Assembly (NCBI GenBank): GCA_050253415.1
Contig: JBFWJC010000002.1
Span: 672,725-736,724, forward strand
DNA: 64,000 bases
Direction: 5' to 3'
Source of the DNA: Pedobacter sp.
Lineage (GTDB): Bacteria; Desulfobacterota; Desulfuromonadia; Desulfuromonadales; Syntrophotaleaceae
Shown one piece after another: positions 49,010 through 62,053 of the stretch. Each line of letters begins with the position of its first letter. The stretch's first letter is position 1. Below the pieces are notes generated by a model. It was not told the DNA's origin. It was given only the letters and a program-made list of their open reading frames with translations, and searched no databases. The position numbers and the translations under genes are program-made.

Positions 49010-49918
49010 TCAGGCCATCAGTGTCGCCATGATGGCTTTTTGGATGTGCAGGCGATTCTCGGCTTCGTCAAACACCACGGAGTGGGTGCTTTCGATGGCT
49101 TCATCGGTGATCTCTTCACCACGATGCGCCGGCAGACAGTGCAACAGGATGCAAGCGGGGTCGGCTACACTGAGGACCTCATCGTTGATCTGGAATGTGG
49201 CGAAGGCGGTGGCGCGTTTGGCCTGTTCTTCCTCCTGCCCCATGCTGGCCCATACGTCGGTATTCAAGACATCGGCACCGCGAGCGGCTTCTATCGGATC
49301 ATTGAGGTAGGTTACGCGGGCGCCCAGTTTTTTTGCCCGCTCCATCACCATGGAATTCGGCTCATAGCCCTTGGGGGTTGCCACGCGCAACTCAAAACCA
49401 AAGATGGCAGCGGCATTGATCCAGCTGTTGGCCATGTTGTTGCCGTCGCCGATCCAGCAGTAGGTCAGCTCGCGATAGTTCTTTTTATGCTCGATGACCG
49501 TCATGAGGTCCGCCATGACCTGGCAGGGGTGATACATATCGGTCAGACCGTTGATAATGGGAATGGTCGACCATTTGGCGAGTTCCTCGACACCTTCCTG
49601 TGAGAAGGTTCGGATCATGATGCCGTCAACGTAGCGGGACATGACGCGACCGGTATCCTTGATCGGTTCGCCGCGCCCCATCTGGGTTGTGCCGGACGAA
49701 AGAAACAGGGCATGTCCGCCCAGTTGATACATGCCGACCTCGAAGGAAATCCGGGTACGGGTGGAGCTTTTTTCGAACACCATCCCAAGGGTTTTGCCTT
49801 TAAGCAGGCGGTGTTTTTCACCGTTTTTCTGCTTGGCTTTCAATTCCTTGGCAAGGTTGAATATCTTTTCCAGTTCTTCAAGGCTCCAGTCGGTAAGGCA
49901 GAGAAAGTCCTTTTTCAC
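49010..49918 (-). CDS. argF: Ornithine carbamoyltransferase
   Basis: FEKSSTRTR, HPCQ, DVWASMG, HCLPAHRG, EAENRLH. Confidence 0.97.
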   Translation of the reverse strand: MKKDFLCLTDWSLEELEKIFNLAKELKAKQKNGEKHRLLKGKTLGMVFEKSSTRTRISFEVGMYQLGGHALFLSSGTTQMGRGEPIKDTGRVMSRYVDGIMIRTFSQEGVEELAKWSTIPIINGLTDMYHPCQVMADLMTVIEHKKNYRELTYCWIGDGNNMANSWINAAAIFGFELRVATPKGYEPNSMVMERAKKLGARVTYLNDPIEAARGADVLNTDVWASMGQEEEQAKRATAFATFQINDEVLSVADPACILLHCLPAHRGEEITDEAIESTHSVVFDEAENRLHIQKAIMATLMA

Positions 49919-49973
49919 GATCAGTCCTCCTGAAAATAAGGGGGGCGGATGTTTATCCGCCGCGCCTTAGAAG

Positions 49974-51163
49974 TCAAATGTTTTGCAGAATACCGTCCAG
50001 AATGGCCAGCGCCTCGTCGATCTCTTCGGGCGTGACGATTAAAGGTGGCAAAAAGCGCAGCACTGTGTTGGCTGTGCAGTTGATCAATAAACCGCGCTCA
50101 AGCGCCTGGGAGACAATGTCTGCACCAGGGATGGTCAGTTCCATGCCAAGAATCAGCCCCTGTCCGCGCACCTCCGTTATAAACGGATAACGATCCTTGA
50201 GTTCTTCAAGGCGGCTGCGCAGATAATTGCCCATGGCCACGCAATTGTCGAGGACTCCGTCTTCGATAAGGGTGCGCATGGCCGCCAGGGCGGCCGTGGC
50301 CATCAGCGGATTACCGCCGAAGGTCGAACCATGCGAGCCGGGTCCGAAGCTTTCAGCAATTTTTTCCGTTGCGATCATGGCGCCGATAGGCGGGCCGCCG
50401 GCCAGGGCTTTGGCCAAGGTCATGATGTCCGGAGCCACACCGTCCTGCTGGTAGGCGAACAGCGAGCCGGTGCGGCCGCAGCCGACCTGCACTTCGTCGA
50501 ATACCAGCAGCAGGTTGTTTTCATCGCAAATCTGACGTACCGCGGCCAGGTAGCCCGGCGGTGCTACCCGCACGCCACCTTCGCCCTGCACCGGTTCCAG
50601 CATCACGGCACAGATTCTGGGAGTAATGGCCTGGCGCAGAGCCTCGGCATCGCCGAAAGGTACGTAGTGGAAGCCGGGCAGCATCGGATTGAACCCTGCT
50701 TTGACCTTGTCCTGGCCGGTGGCGCTGATGGTGCCGATGGTACGCCCGTGGAAGGAAGCCAGGGCCGTGATAACCTCAAAGCGGTCGGAACCGTACTGCT
50801 CCGCACTGTGCTTACGCACCAGCTTCATGGCCGCTTCGTTGGCTTCCGCACCGCTGTTGCAGAAGAATACCCGGTCGCCGAAGGAATGTTCGCACAGCAG
50901 TTCCGCCAGCTCGATCTGGCTGGGGATGTGAAAAAAGTTGGAACAGTGGATCAACTGTGCGGCCTGCTGCTGCAGGGCCGCCACGACCTTGGGATGACAG
51001 TGGCCGAGGTTGTTGACCGCCACACCGGCCAGAAAGTCGAGATAGCTTTTGCCGTCCACATCCCACAACCGGCAGCCTTCGCCACGAGCGGCGACCAGCG
51101 GGAAACGGCCATAGGTTTTGGCCACATGCGCTTCGCCCCGGGCAATCCATTGTTTTGATGTCA

Positions 51164-51164
<1 letters not shown>
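49974..51164 (-). CDS. argD: Acetylornithine aminotransferase
   Basis: NSGAEANE, SFHGRT, EPVQGEGG, DEVQVG, TLAKALAGG, HGSTFGGNP. Confidence 0.96.
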
Positions 51165-52140
<976 letters not shown>

Positions 52141-52172
52141 AATCTTGATCTTTGCCCTCTGGAACACCACGC

Positions 52173-53510
52173 CTACAAAATATACCGCGATAAATCCTCG
52201 TCGCGGGCTATGTCGGATAACTGTCGTCGCACATATTCCACATCGATCTCTACACTCTGATCACGCTGCTCGGGAGCATCGAAGGAGAGTTCTTCGAGCA
52301 GCTTTTCCATGATGGTATGCAATCTTCGCGCGCCGATGTTCTCCGTCTGGCTGTTGACCTGGGTTGCGATGCGTGCCAGTTCACGGATGGCCTCGTCGGC
52401 AAATTGCAGGTGGATGCCTTCGGTCGCCATAAGGGCTTCGTACTGGCGGATGAGGGCATTTTTCGGCTCGGTCAGAATACGGAAAAACTCCTCTTCGCCG
52501 AGGCTGGTCAGTTCCACGCGGATGGGGAATCGGCCCTGCAACTCGGGGATCAGATCCGACGGTTTCGCCACATGAAAGGCACCGGCGGCGACGAACAGGA
52601 TGTGGTCTGTCTTGACCGGGCCGTACTTGGTGCTGACGGTACTCCCTTCGACGATGGGAAGGATGTCGCGCTGCACCCCCTCGCGGGAAACGTCAGGACC
52701 CTGTCGGCCATTCTGTCCGGCGATCTTGTCGATTTCATCGATGAAAATGATACCGCTTTGCTCGACCCGTTCTCGGGCCAGGGTGTTGACCTTTTCCATG
52801 TCGACCAGGCGTTCAGCTTCCTGTTCAATAAGTATTTCGCGCGCTTCGCTGACCTTGATCTGCCGGCGCTTGGTTTTTTTGGGGAACAGGTTGCCGAACA
52901 TCTCCTTGAAATTGATGCCCATCTCTTCGGTGCCCTGAGGGGTGAAGACTTCCATCATGGGCATCTGTGCCGCCTGCACTTCCAATTCCACTTTGCGTTC
53001 GTCAAGGGCGCCTTTTCGCAGCAGTTTGCGCAATTTATCGCGGGTGCCGCCATCGCCGGCTTCTTCGCCGGATATGTCCAGGTCCCGGGACTGGGCCCCG
53101 GGCAGCAGCAGGTCGAGCAGGCGTTCCTCGGCCAGATCTTCGGCTTTGACCCGGACTTTCAGCGCTTCCTCTTCGCGTACCATGATGACCGCCAGGTCGA
53201 GAAGATCGCGTACCATGCTCTCCACGTCACGACCGACATAGCCGACCTCGGTGAACTTGCTGGCTTCCACCTTGATGAAAGGCGCTTGTGCAAGCTTGGC
53301 CAGGCGGCGGGCGATTTCCGTTTTGCCGACCCCCGTGGGACCGATCATGATGATATTTTTCGGTGCTATTTCATCACGCAATTCGTCCGGAACCTGTTGG
53401 CGTCGCCAGCGGTTGCGTAGTGCCACGGCCACGGCCCGCTTGGCCTGTTTCTGGCCGATAATGTAGCGGTCCAGTTCCGAAACGATTTCACGGGGGGTGA
53501 AGTTGGTCAC
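52173..53510 (-). CDS. hslU: ATP-dependent protease ATPase subunit
   Basis: [48 protein letters not shown]. Confidence 0.98.
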   Translation of the reverse strand: MTNFTPREIVSELDRYIIGQKQAKRAVAVALRNRWRRQQVPDELRDEIAPKNIIMIGPTGVGKTEIARRLAKLAQAPFIKVEASKFTEVGYVGRDVESMVRDLLDLAVIMVREEEALKVRVKAEDLAEERLLDLLLPGAQSRDLDISGEEAGDGGTRDKLRKLLRKGALDERKVELEVQAAQMPMMEVFTPQGTEEMGINFKEMFGNLFPKKTKRRQIKVSEAREILIEQEAERLVDMEKVNTLARERVEQSGIIFIDEIDKIAGQNGRQGPDVSREGVQRDILPIVEGSTVSTKYGPVKTDHILFVAAGAFHVAKPSDLIPELQGRFPIRVELTSLGEEEFFRILTEPKNALIRQYEALMATEGIHLQFADEAIRELARIATQVNSQTENIGARRLHTIMEKLLEELSFDAPEQRDQSVEIDVEYVRRQLSDIARDEDLSRYIL

Positions 53511-54040
53511 GGTAAAGTCTCCGACGAAATGCGGTCGTTGGTGTAAATACAGATCTCTCCGGCGATGCGTAATGCCTCGGCCGCAATTTTATCCGCTGGC
53601 AGGTCGGCATGCCGGGTGAGGGCGCGGGCCGCGGCCAGAGCAAAGGGACCACCCGAGCCGATGGCGGCAACACCATCATCCGGTTCGATGACATCGCCGG
53701 TTCCCGACAATACCAGGGTGGTGTTGATGTCGGCCACGATAAGCAGCGCCTCGAGTTTACGCAGGATCTGGTCGGTGCGCCAGTCCTTGGCCAGGGCCAC
53801 GGCTGCTTTGGGCAGGTTGCCGTGAAATTCCTGTACCTTGGACTCGAACTTTTCAAACAGCGTGAAGGCATCGGCGGTGGATCCGGCGAAGCCCGCCAGC
53901 ATACGTCCATCATACATGCGCCGGACTTTTCGGGCGCCATGTTTCATGACCGTATTGCCCATGGTTACCTGGCCGTCTCCGGCCATGGTTACCTGGCCCT
54001 CGTGACGTACGCAAACAATGGTTGTGCCGCGAATATCCAT
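53507..54040 (-). CDS. hslV: ATP-dependent protease peptidase subunit
   Basis: GTTIV catalytic Thr, [26 protein letters not shown]. Confidence 0.98.
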   Translation of the reverse strand: MDIRGTTIVCVRHEGQVTMAGDGQVTMGNTVMKHGARKVRRMYDGRMLAGFAGSTADAFTLFEKFESKVQEFHGNLPKAAVALAKDWRTDQILRKLEALLIVADINTTLVLSGTGDVIEPDDGVAAIGSGGPFALAAARALTRHADLPADKIAAEALRIAGEICIYTNDRISSETLP

Positions 54041-54276
54041 GAGATTATCTTCTGTATGGGTAAAATTTAAAAAATAGACGCCATTTTAACACAGGCTGAC
54101 AGGCAAAAAAAGAAAAATGGCAGATTTCCCTATGTATTGCAAGGCCGGTTTTCGGGGGATATTTGTGATCTGAGGGCTTATTGCAGATGGGTCAACCGGT
54201 GGCAATGGGTAGCTTGTTTTGCATTAAAGGTTTGCTCAGCAATTTTGCCTGGACAGTTGAAGGCGGTTTATATCTG

Positions 54277-54350
54277 TCTTACGCCAAGCCGCGATAAACG
54301 CAAAGAAAGGCAAAAGCCGCCCCGGCTGGACTCCGTGTCGCTGCGTGAGA
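54277..54350. repeat. Short degenerate relative of repeat family A
   Basis: TCTTACGCCAAGCCGCGATAAACGCAAAG...GTCGCTGCGTGAGA. Confidence 0.5.
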
Positions 54351-54445
54351 GGGAGTGTTGCGGGTTGAGGTCGTCTAAACAAAACTGCCGACGAACGTTT
54401 TAGCGCTCGTCGGCAGGATGTCGTTGGAACTGTGTAGCCGCTTGT

Positions 54446-54790
54446 CTACTTAAGCGGTGGAGTGAAGATGGCCAACAGATCGACTGGTTCATCTCCGATA
54501 TTCTTGAGGCTGTGTTGTACGCCTGACGGTGCCACCACGCAGCAACCGGCGCCGAAGTGGTGCTCCACGCCGTTGATGGTGCAGATGGCTTCGCCGCCGA
54601 GGATGTAGAAGGTTTCGGTCTGCCCTTCATGGGTATGGGGCAGGATTTCTCCGCCGGCTTCGATGCGACCGCGGTGCAGCGACAGCGCCGGATTGTTTTC
54701 CGCGGTCACCACATCGCGCAAGAAGAAGCGGTCATGCTTGGGGTGCGGATATTCTTCCTGCTCGGCGGTACGTAAGACGATGCCTTTCAT
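54446..54790 (-). CDS. Cupin domain protein
   Basis: PHTHEGQTETFYILGG ... PSGVQHSLKN cupin metal motifs. Confidence 0.88.
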   Translation of the reverse strand: MKGIVLRTAEQEEYPHPKHDRFFLRDVVTAENNPALSLHRGRIEAGGEILPHTHEGQTETFYILGGEAICTINGVEHHFGAGCCVVAPSGVQHSLKNIGDEPVDLLAIFTPPLK

Positions 54791-54813
54791 GGTTGCTCCC
54801 GTTCAGAGGGCCG

Positions 54814-57462
54814 TCAGGCCGCGTTAAGGGCTTGGGTGATCAACTGCGGCACGCTGGCCAGGGCTTCGCCGAGTTGTTCGGGGTTGCTGCCGCCGGCCTG
54901 GGCCAGGTCGGGTCGGCCACCACCGCCACCGCCAACCATGGCGGCCAGTTGTTTGACCAGCGCACCGGCTTGCAGGCGTTTTGTGAGGTCCTTGGTCACG
55001 GCTACCAGCAGGCCGGCCTTTCCATCGTGTGCGCTGCCCAGTACCAGGACTCCCGAGCTGAGCCGGTCGCGGACCTGGTCGGCCAGTTCGCGCAGGGCCT
55101 TGCCGTCGAGGTTGTCGACCCGGCCGCAGACCACGTTGATTCCATCGATATCGACCGCTTGCTGCAGCAGGTCACCCGCCTGGTCGGCGTTGAGTTTGCC
55201 TTGCAGCGATTCCAATTCGCGCTCCAGTTCCTTCTGACGCTCCAGCAATTTGCGCAGGCGCCCTTCCAGTTGGGGCCGGTCGGTTTTGACCAATGCCGCC
55301 AGATGGTCGAGGGTGCGTTCCTGATCGCGGATCACGTCGAGGGCTTTGGCCCCGGTCACCGCTTCGATCCGGCGGACACCTGCGGCGATGCCGGTTTCCT
55401 GCAGGATTTTGAACAGGCCTATGTCGCCGGAGGCGTGGGCGTGGGTGCCGCCGCACAGTTCCATGCTGATATCGCCGACTCTGACCACGCGGACCTTGTC
55501 GCCGTATTTTTCGCCGAACAGAGCCGTGGCCCCGGCGGTGACGGCTTCGTCATGGGCCATTTCGCGGGTGTCGACACCCGCGTTTTCGCGGATGCGGCGA
55601 TTAACCAAGGTCTCGACCTGCTCCAGCTCTTCGGCGGTCATTGCGGAAAAATGGACGAAGTCGAAGCGCAGCCGCTCAGGCGTCACCAGCGAGCCGGCCT
55701 GCTTGACATGCTCGCCGAGCACTTCGACGAGGGCTGCCTGCAGCAGATGGGTGGCGGTGTGGTTGAGGGCCGTTGCCTGCCGACGTTCCCGGTCGACGCT
55801 CAAGGTCGCAGTGTCGCCGGTACGCAGGGTGCCGGACAGGATTTCGCCCACGTGTACGAACAGTTCCGGCAGCGGCTTGCGGGTGTCGCTGACGGTGACC
55901 TGGGCGTCGGCAGTGGCGATGGTACCCCGGTCGCCGGTCTGACCGCCTGATTCGCCGTAAAGAGGGGTGACCGAAGTGATGATTTCGACACAGGCGCCTT
56001 GCGGGGCGCTGGCTACCGGCTGCCCATCGAGCAGGATGGCGAGCACTTCGCCCTGGCCGGTGAGTTCGTCATAGCCGGTAAAGCGGGTACGCATGCCATC
56101 CTCAACCAGCTGCCGGTAGATGCCGGCGATGGCTTCTTCGCCCGAGCCCTTCCAGTGCTCACGGGCTTTCTGGCGCTGCTCTTCCATGCAGGCCTCAAAG
56201 CCGGCTTCATCGATGGTGACGTTTTCGCCCCGCAGGATGTCAGCAGTGAGGTCGAGGGGGAAGCCGAAGGTGTCGTAAAGCTTGAAAGCCACATCCCCGG
56301 CAAGCACGCTGGCACCAGCGGCTTTGAGGGCGGCGACTTCTTCATTGAGAATGCGCAGGCCGTTGTCCAGGGTCTGGATGAAGCGCTCTTCCTCGATCTT
56401 CACGATCTTGGCCACATAGTCGGTACGCTGCGCCGGTTCGGGGTAGGCCTCGGCCATCGATTGCAACACGAAGGAAGCGGTGCGGTAAAGCACCGGATCG
56501 GCAAAACCGAGCATTTTCGCATGCCGGGCAGCGCGGCGCATGATGCGGCGCAGCACGTAACCGCGTCCCTCGTTGCTGGGCAGCACGCCATCGGCGATCA
56601 AAAAGGCGGTGGCACGGCTGTGGTCGGCGATGACCCGCATGGACATGTCGTGGGCCGCGTCGTCGCCGTAGCGTTTGCCCGACAGTTCTTCAACGTATGC
56701 GATGATGCCTCGTAGCAGGTCGCAGTCGTAGTTGCTTTGTACCCCCTGCATGACGGCGGTGATGCGCTCCAGGCCCATGCCGGTGTCGATGGATGGTTTG
56801 GGCAGGGGATTCATGGTGCCGTCTGCGTCGCGGTTGAACTGCATGAATACCAGGTTCCACAGTTCCAGATAGCGGTCGCAGTCGCACTTGCCGATGCCGC
56901 AGTTGTCGCCGCAGGTCATCGATTCGCCCTGGTCGATGAGGATTTCCGAACAGGGGCCGCAGGGACCTGTGTCGCCCATGGACCAGAAGTTGTCCTTTTC
57001 CCCCATGCGGATCAGGCGCTCTTCAGGAATGCCTTGCTGGTTGCGCCAGATGTCGTACGCCTCGTCGTCCTCGCGAAACACCGTGACCCACAGTTTGTCC
57101 TTGGGCAGGCCCATTTCGCCGGTCAAAAATTCCCAGGCATGGGCGATGGCATCCTGCTTGAAATAGTCGCCGAAGGAGAAGTTGCCGAGCATTTCGAAAA
57201 ACGTGTGATGGCGGGCCGTCTGGCCGACGTTTTCCAGGTCGTTGTGCTTGCCCCCGGCACGAACGCACTTCTGGGCCGAGGCGGCGCGCACGTAGTCGCG
57301 TTTTTCATGGCCGAGAAACACATCCTTGAACTGGTTCATGCCCGCATTGATGAACAGCAGGGTCGGGTCGTTGTGCGGGATCAACGCCGAGGAAGGGACC
57401 ACCGTGTGGCCGCGCTCCTGGAAAAACTGCAAAAAACGGGTGCGGATATCGTTGCCGGTCAT
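54814..57462 (-). CDS. alaS: Alanine--tRNA ligase
   Basis: [59 protein letters not shown]. Confidence 0.98.
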   Translation of the reverse strand: MTGNDIRTRFLQFFQERGHTVVPSSALIPHNDPTLLFINAGMNQFKDVFLGHEKRDYVRAASAQKCVRAGGKHNDLENVGQTARHHTFFEMLGNFSFGDYFKQDAIAHAWEFLTGEMGLPKDKLWVTVFREDDEAYDIWRNQQGIPEERLIRMGEKDNFWSMGDTGPCGPCSEILIDQGESMTCGDNCGIGKCDCDRYLELWNLVFMQFNRDADGTMNPLPKPSIDTGMGLERITAVMQGVQSNYDCDLLRGIIAYVEELSGKRYGDDAAHDMSMRVIADHSRATAFLIADGVLPSNEGRGYVLRRIMRRAARHAKMLGFADPVLYRTASFVLQSMAEAYPEPAQRTDYVAKIVKIEEERFIQTLDNGLRILNEEVAALKAAGASVLAGDVAFKLYDTFGFPLDLTADILRGENVTIDEAGFEACMEEQRQKAREHWKGSGEEAIAGIYRQLVEDGMRTRFTGYDELTGQGEVLAILLDGQPVASAPQGACVEIITSVTPLYGESGGQTGDRGTIATADAQVTVSDTRKPLPELFVHVGEILSGTLRTGDTATLSVDRERRQATALNHTATHLLQAALVEVLGEHVKQAGSLVTPERLRFDFVHFSAMTAEELEQVETLVNRRIRENAGVDTREMAHDEAVTAGATALFGEKYGDKVRVVRVGDISMELCGGTHAHASGDIGLFKILQETGIAAGVRRIEAVTGAKALDVIRDQERTLDHLAALVKTDRPQLEGRLRKLLERQKELERELESLQGKLNADQAGDLLQQAVDIDGINVVCGRVDNLDGKALRELADQVRDRLSSGVLVLGSAHDGKAGLLVAVTKDLTKRLQAGALVKQLAAMVGGGGGGRPDLAQAGGSNPEQLGEALASVPQLITQALNAA

Positions 57463-57473
57463 GAGCTTGGTAA

Positions 57474-57935
57474 CTACCTCTCTTCGCTGAAATATTGAAA
57501 CAGAGCCGACGGGGCAAAGCCGCGCCGCCCGAGGTAATTGAATACCCGGCGCCGGGTGCGGTCATCGGCTGTTTGAAAATCAAAGTCGGGAAAACGTCGC
57601 TGGCACAAGGTGCGCAGCACTTGGGTCTGGCTAAACTCCTCTTCCACCGCGGCAATAGCCCTGTGGGCAACAGCTTCGCCAATACGCTGTTGTTTTAAAT
57701 CGGCCAGCAAAGCCGGTCCGACGGCGCGACCCGCGGACAAAAGCTGCCGCGCGCGTAACCGGGCATAGCGCTCATCATCCACGTAACCGTAACTGCGACA
57801 GCGCTCTACGGCCTGGTCAATCTGCTCATTGTTGAAGCCTTTGCGTTGCAGGCGTTGGCGCAGGATACCTTCGGAGAGTTCCCGTCGGGACAACATCCTG
57901 ATCGCGCAATTCCAGGCGTCAGGACTGATTGCCAT
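57474..57935 (-). CDS. recX: Regulatory protein RecX
   Basis: [25 protein letters not shown]; downstream of recA. Confidence 0.85.
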   Translation of the reverse strand: MAISPDAWNCAIRMLSRRELSEGILRQRLQRKGFNNEQIDQAVERCRSYGYVDDERYARLRARQLLSAGRAVGPALLADLKQQRIGEAVAHRAIAAVEEEFSQTQVLRTLCQRRFPDFDFQTADDRTRRRVFNYLGRRGFAPSALFQYFSEER

Positions 57936-59082
57936 GGCTCTGGAGGATGTCTTCGTCTTGTCCCGCCTGGTCTTTATCCTTGTCAAAATCATCCCAGCTG
58001 AGGTCGGAGGCCGAGGAGATGCCGGATGCCTTGAGTTTGAAGTCGTCCGGGTTGGAACTCTGCCGCACGGCTTCTTCAAAGGTAATCAGTTCCTTGCGGT
58101 ACAGCCCCATCAGGGACTGGTCGAAGGTCTGCATGCCATAGGCAACAAAGCCTTGCTGGATCGTATCGCGCAACAGTTTGGTTTTTTCCTTGTCATCGAT
58201 CAGGTCGCGGGTGCGGGCGGTGGAGATCATGACTTCCACCGCCGGTACGCGGCCCTTGCCATCGGCACGCGGGACCAGACGCTGGGAAATGACCGCCTTG
58301 AGGATACCCGACAGCTGGGAGCGGATTTGACGGTGCTGATGGGGCGGAAACACCGAGACGATGCGGTTGATCGATTCCGGTGCATCGATGGTATGGAGCG
58401 TCGCCAATACCAGGTGGCCGGTTTCGGCGGCATGCAAGGCGGTTTCAACCGTTTCCACGTCGCGCATCTCGCCAACCAGGATGACGTCCGGATCCTGACG
58501 CAGGGCATGCTTGAGCGCTGCCGAAAAGCTGTCGGTGTCGCTGCCGACTTCGCGCTGGTTGACGATGCACTTTTTATCTCGATGCAAAAACTCGATGGGG
58601 TCTTCGACGGTGATAATGTGTTCGGTGCGCCGGGTGTTGATAAAGTCGATCATGGCCGCCAGTGTGGTCGACTTTCCCGAACCGGTGGCCCCGGTTACCA
58701 GCACCAGACCGCGCGATTCCATGGAGATCTTTTTGATGACCTCCGGCAGATACAGATCGTCAAGAGCCGGACAGGTGAACGGGATGACGCGGAACACCAT
58801 GCTGATGCTGCCGCGCTGGGAGAAGATGTTGACGCGAAATCTCCCCAGTCCGGCGACCCCGTAAGCCATGTCGACTTCGTGATGTTTTTCGAAGTGCTCC
58901 TGCCGGTGATTGTTCATGATGCCGTAGGCCATCTTGTGGACGCCTTCGGCATCGAGGCGCTCGGCCTTCGGCAGCGGCCGCAGGGCGCCATCGATACGGT
59001 AGATGGGCGGCAGCCCGGACTTGATATGAATATCCGAGGCGTTGGCTTTAAGGGCGACGGCCAGAATATTGTTCAAATCCAT
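57919..59082 (-). CDS. pilT: Type IV pilus retraction ATPase (PilT/PilU family paralogue)
   Basis: ASDIHI, GATGSGKSTT, EDPIEF, LRQDPDVILVGEMRD, ETGHLV, GMQTFDQSL. Confidence 0.9.
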   Translation of the reverse strand: MDLNNILAVALKANASDIHIKSGLPPIYRIDGALRPLPKAERLDAEGVHKMAYGIMNNHRQEHFEKHHEVDMAYGVAGLGRFRVNIFSQRGSISMVFRVIPFTCPALDDLYLPEVIKKISMESRGLVLVTGATGSGKSTTLAAMIDFINTRRTEHIITVEDPIEFLHRDKKCIVNQREVGSDTDSFSAALKHALRQDPDVILVGEMRDVETVETALHAAETGHLVLATLHTIDAPESINRIVSVFPPHQHRQIRSQLSGILKAVISQRLVPRADGKGRVPAVEVMISTARTRDLIDDKEKTKLLRDTIQQGFVAYGMQTFDQSLMGLYRKELITFEEAVRQSSNPDDFKLKASGISSASDLSWDDFDKDKDQAGQDEDILQSHGNQS

Positions 59083-59086
59083 ATCG

Positions 59087-60109
59087 CTATACCTCTTCGG
59101 CGGCCGCGGCAGCCGGATTCAGGCCGAAATGTTCCAGCAGACGATCTTCGATGGCCTGGCAGGTTTCCGGATGTTCGCGCAGGAACTGCTTGGCGTTTTC
59201 ACGGCCCTGACCGATGCGTTCGCCGGAAAAGGAGTACCAGGCGCCGCTCTTCTCAACGATTTCGGCTTCGGCACCGAGATCGAGAACATCTCCTTCACGG
59301 GAAATGCCCTGGCCGTACATGATGTCGAACTCCGCTTCCTTGAAAGGGGGTGCGACCTTGTTCTTGACTACTTTGACACGGGTGCGGCTGCCGATAACGT
59401 CCTGCCCCTGCTTAAGGGTGGCAATTTTGCGAATGTCCATGCGCACCGAGGAGTAGAATTTGAGGGCGTTGCCGCCGGTGGTGGTTTCGGGGTTGCCGAA
59501 CATGACGCCGATTTTCATGCGGATCTGGTTGATGAAGATCACGCAGCAGTTGGATTTGCTGATGGTGCCGGTCAGCTTACGCAGGGCCTGGGACATCAGG
59601 CGCGCCTGCAGGCCGACGTGGGCATCGCCCATCTCGCCTTCGATCTCGGCGCGCGGTACCAGCGCGGCTACGGAGTCGACAACCAGTACGTCGATGGCGC
59701 CGCTGCGAACCAGCACCTCGGTGATCTCAAGGGCCTGTTCACCGGTATCCGGCTGGGAAACCAGCAGGTCGTCGGTACGGACGCCGAGTTTGCGGGCATA
59801 GTGGATGTCAAGAGCGTGCTCGGCATCGACGAACGCGGCGATACCACCTTTTTTCTGTGCCTCGGCAACGATATGTAGGGCCAGGGTGGTTTTGCCTGAG
59901 GATTCCGGGCCGTAGATTTCAATGACGCGACCGCGCGGGATGCCGCCTACCCCAAGGGCGATGTCCAAACTCAGGGCTCCGGTAGGGATGGTGGCGATAT
60001 CCGGCACGACGGCGTTTTCGCCAAGACGCATGATGCTGCCTTTGCCGAACTGTTTTTCGATCTGACCCATGGCCAGGTCGATGGCGCGTTCACGATTGTC
60101 GGTGCTCAT
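59087..60109 (-). CDS. recA: Recombinase A
   Basis: [46 protein letters not shown]. Confidence 0.99.
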   Translation of the reverse strand: MSTDNRERAIDLAMGQIEKQFGKGSIMRLGENAVVPDIATIPTGALSLDIALGVGGIPRGRVIEIYGPESSGKTTLALHIVAEAQKKGGIAAFVDAEHALDIHYARKLGVRTDDLLVSQPDTGEQALEITEVLVRSGAIDVLVVDSVAALVPRAEIEGEMGDAHVGLQARLMSQALRKLTGTISKSNCCVIFINQIRMKIGVMFGNPETTTGGNALKFYSSVRMDIRKIATLKQGQDVIGSRTRVKVVKNKVAPPFKEAEFDIMYGQGISREGDVLDLGAEAEIVEKSGAWYSFSGERIGQGRENAKQFLREHPETCQAIEDRLLEHFGLNPAAAAAEEV

Positions 60110-60148
60110 AATCCGGATATCCTCCAGGGAAATGTGTGGGCAATGTTT

Positions 60149-60727
60149 TCATGGATGCCAACCGGTGGTTCCGGTAAGCATCGTTTCGTTGCGTGGCAGG
60201 TGTCTGGCACCCTGCGATGTCAACTGGCTTTCATACAGCACCAGTCGGAATATATTGAGCCGGCCGCACTGTCTGTGCATGAATGGGGCCAGTCTTTGGT
60301 CGATGTGCGGAACCGGTTGCCGGCACCGCCCCAGAGTCAGATGGGGTTTAAAGGGTTTGTCATCCCAGGGCACCTGCAATTTTAATAACATATTGGCCAC
60401 TGCCGCTTGTAAATCCAACAGTGGTTGCCCGCCTTCCAGGCCCAGCCAGACAACCCTGGGGCGTTTCATGGATGGAAAGGCCCCAAGCCCGCCGATCATT
60501 ACATCGACGGGAGCAAAAATATCTCCTATCGATAGCATAGACCTACCGATTTTTTCAAGCGATTCTTCGGAGATATCGCCCAGGAAAGCCAATGTGAGGT
60601 GCATGGTTTGCGGTTGCACCCAGCGTATGGACGGCAGAACGGCGGCCAGTTCTCGCTGCAGGAGCACGATTTTGTCGTACACGGGCCCTTCCAAAGGGGC
60701 GGCGATAAAGGCTCGAACCGTCTTCAT
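60149..60727 (-). CDS. thpR: RNA 2',3'-cyclic phosphodiesterase (2H family)
   Basis: RAFIA, HLTLAFLG, PRVVWLG, PHLTLGR. Confidence 0.93.
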   Translation of the reverse strand: MKTVRAFIAAPLEGPVYDKIVLLQRELAAVLPSIRWVQPQTMHLTLAFLGDISEESLEKIGRSMLSIGDIFAPVDVMIGGLGAFPSMKRPRVVWLGLEGGQPLLDLQAAVANMLLKLQVPWDDKPFKPHLTLGRCRQPVPHIDQRLAPFMHRQCGRLNIFRLVLYESQLTSQGARHLPRNETMLTGTTGWHP

Positions 60728-60739
60728 GTCGGCGATCTC

Positions 60740-61978
60740 CTAGTCGCAATTGCTCAGGTAACGACGCAGCCATTCGAGAGCCATGCAGGCAGAAATGCGC
60801 CGGATCTGCTCGCGCTCACCGGTAAAACGGTAGCCCTGTACCCGTTCTTCGTCCGGTGCGCTCAGGGCCAGAAATACCGTGCCGACCGGTTTGTCCGGGG
60901 TGCCGCCGTCCGGTCCGGCAATGCCGGTGACAGCCAGGCCCAGATGGGTGCCGGCGGCCCGCCGGATGCCCTGCGCCATGGCCTGTGCGCAGGCCTTGCT
61001 GACAGCGCCTTCGGTGTCCAGGATGTCTTCGGGGACCTGCAGCCAGTCCCGCTTGGCAGCGTTGGCATAGGTTACGGCGCCTCTGTCCAGAAACCGCGAC
61101 GCGCCGGGAATATCGGTCAACATCTGCGCAACCATGCCGCCGGTGCACGATTCTGCCAGAGACAGCGTGAGTCCGGCGTCGGTCAGCAGGCGTGCGACAT
61201 TACCGGCCAGGGTTTCCTGGCCGATGGCAAACACAAACGGTTGCAGTTGCCTGCGGGCATGCAGTTCCGCCCGGTTAAGCAGTTCATCAGCGTTGTCGCC
61301 GCTGGCGCGCAGTTTGACATGCACAAACGGGTACTCGACGCCGAAAGCCAGATGTACGCCCTGTGGCAGGGGCGACTGCGCGAACCGCTCCTCGACTTTC
61401 GGCTCGGACAGGCCGAAAATCTTGAGGATACGTTCCTGTAATGGTGCATTGCCGCCGCTGCGTTCGTGCAGGCGCGGCAGTACCTGCTCTTCGAGCATGG
61501 CAACCATTTCCCGGGGTACGCCAGGCAAGAAGTACATATCGCACTGGCCGTGGCGTAGATGAAAGCCGGGCGCTGTGCCGAGACGATTGGGAAGGATTAT
61601 GGCCTTTTGCGGCAGCAGGGCCTGTTTTTCGTTGCGAGGATGCATCTCTTTATCTCTCTCAGCGAAAAAACGGCGGATCTGCGCAAGAGCTTCGTCGTTG
61701 AGGACCAGTCTTCGCCCGAAAGTGCGCGCCGCCACCCGCGCGGTAAGATCGTCGTCGGTGGGGCCGAGGCCGCCAGTACTGATAATGACCTCGCGTTTGG
61801 CGGACATATCGCTCAAAGCGGTTTCGATGTCAGCCTCGTCGTCACCGATGGCCCGCGACTCCTTGATGGCATAGCCCTGGGCGCCGAGAAGCAAGGCGAT
61901 GCGGGCGGTATTGGTGTCGGACATTTCCCCGTTGATCAATTCATCGCCGGTGGTCAGGACCGCAATATTGAGACTCAT
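60740..61978 (-). CDS. cinA: CinA (MoCF-like pyrophosphatase + NMN deamidase)
   Basis: GDELING...DTN, GGLGPTDDDLT, LPGVPREM, AESCTGG, GAVS, TGIAGP. Confidence 0.95.
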   Translation of the reverse strand: MSLNIAVLTTGDELINGEMSDTNTARIALLLGAQGYAIKESRAIGDDEADIETALSDMSAKREVIISTGGLGPTDDDLTARVAARTFGRRLVLNDEALAQIRRFFAERDKEMHPRNEKQALLPQKAIILPNRLGTAPGFHLRHGQCDMYFLPGVPREMVAMLEEQVLPRLHERSGGNAPLQERILKIFGLSEPKVEERFAQSPLPQGVHLAFGVEYPFVHVKLRASGDNADELLNRAELHARRQLQPFVFAIGQETLAGNVARLLTDAGLTLSLAESCTGGMVAQMLTDIPGASRFLDRGAVTYANAAKRDWLQVPEDILDTEGAVSKACAQAMAQGIRRAAGTHLGLAVTGIAGPDGGTPDKPVGTVFLALSAPDEERVQGYRFTGEREQIRRISACMALEWLRRYLSNCD

Positions 61979-62053
61979 GTTTGTTTCTCCTGAAGCGGGA
62001 GGCTTGTAACCTGGAACATGTCGGGCTTATGCGTATAATCCTTAGCCTGTTAT

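Noticed and set aside
60110..60148. LexA box upstream of recA
   Set aside because: No recognisable SOS-box palindrome in the short thpR-recA gap.
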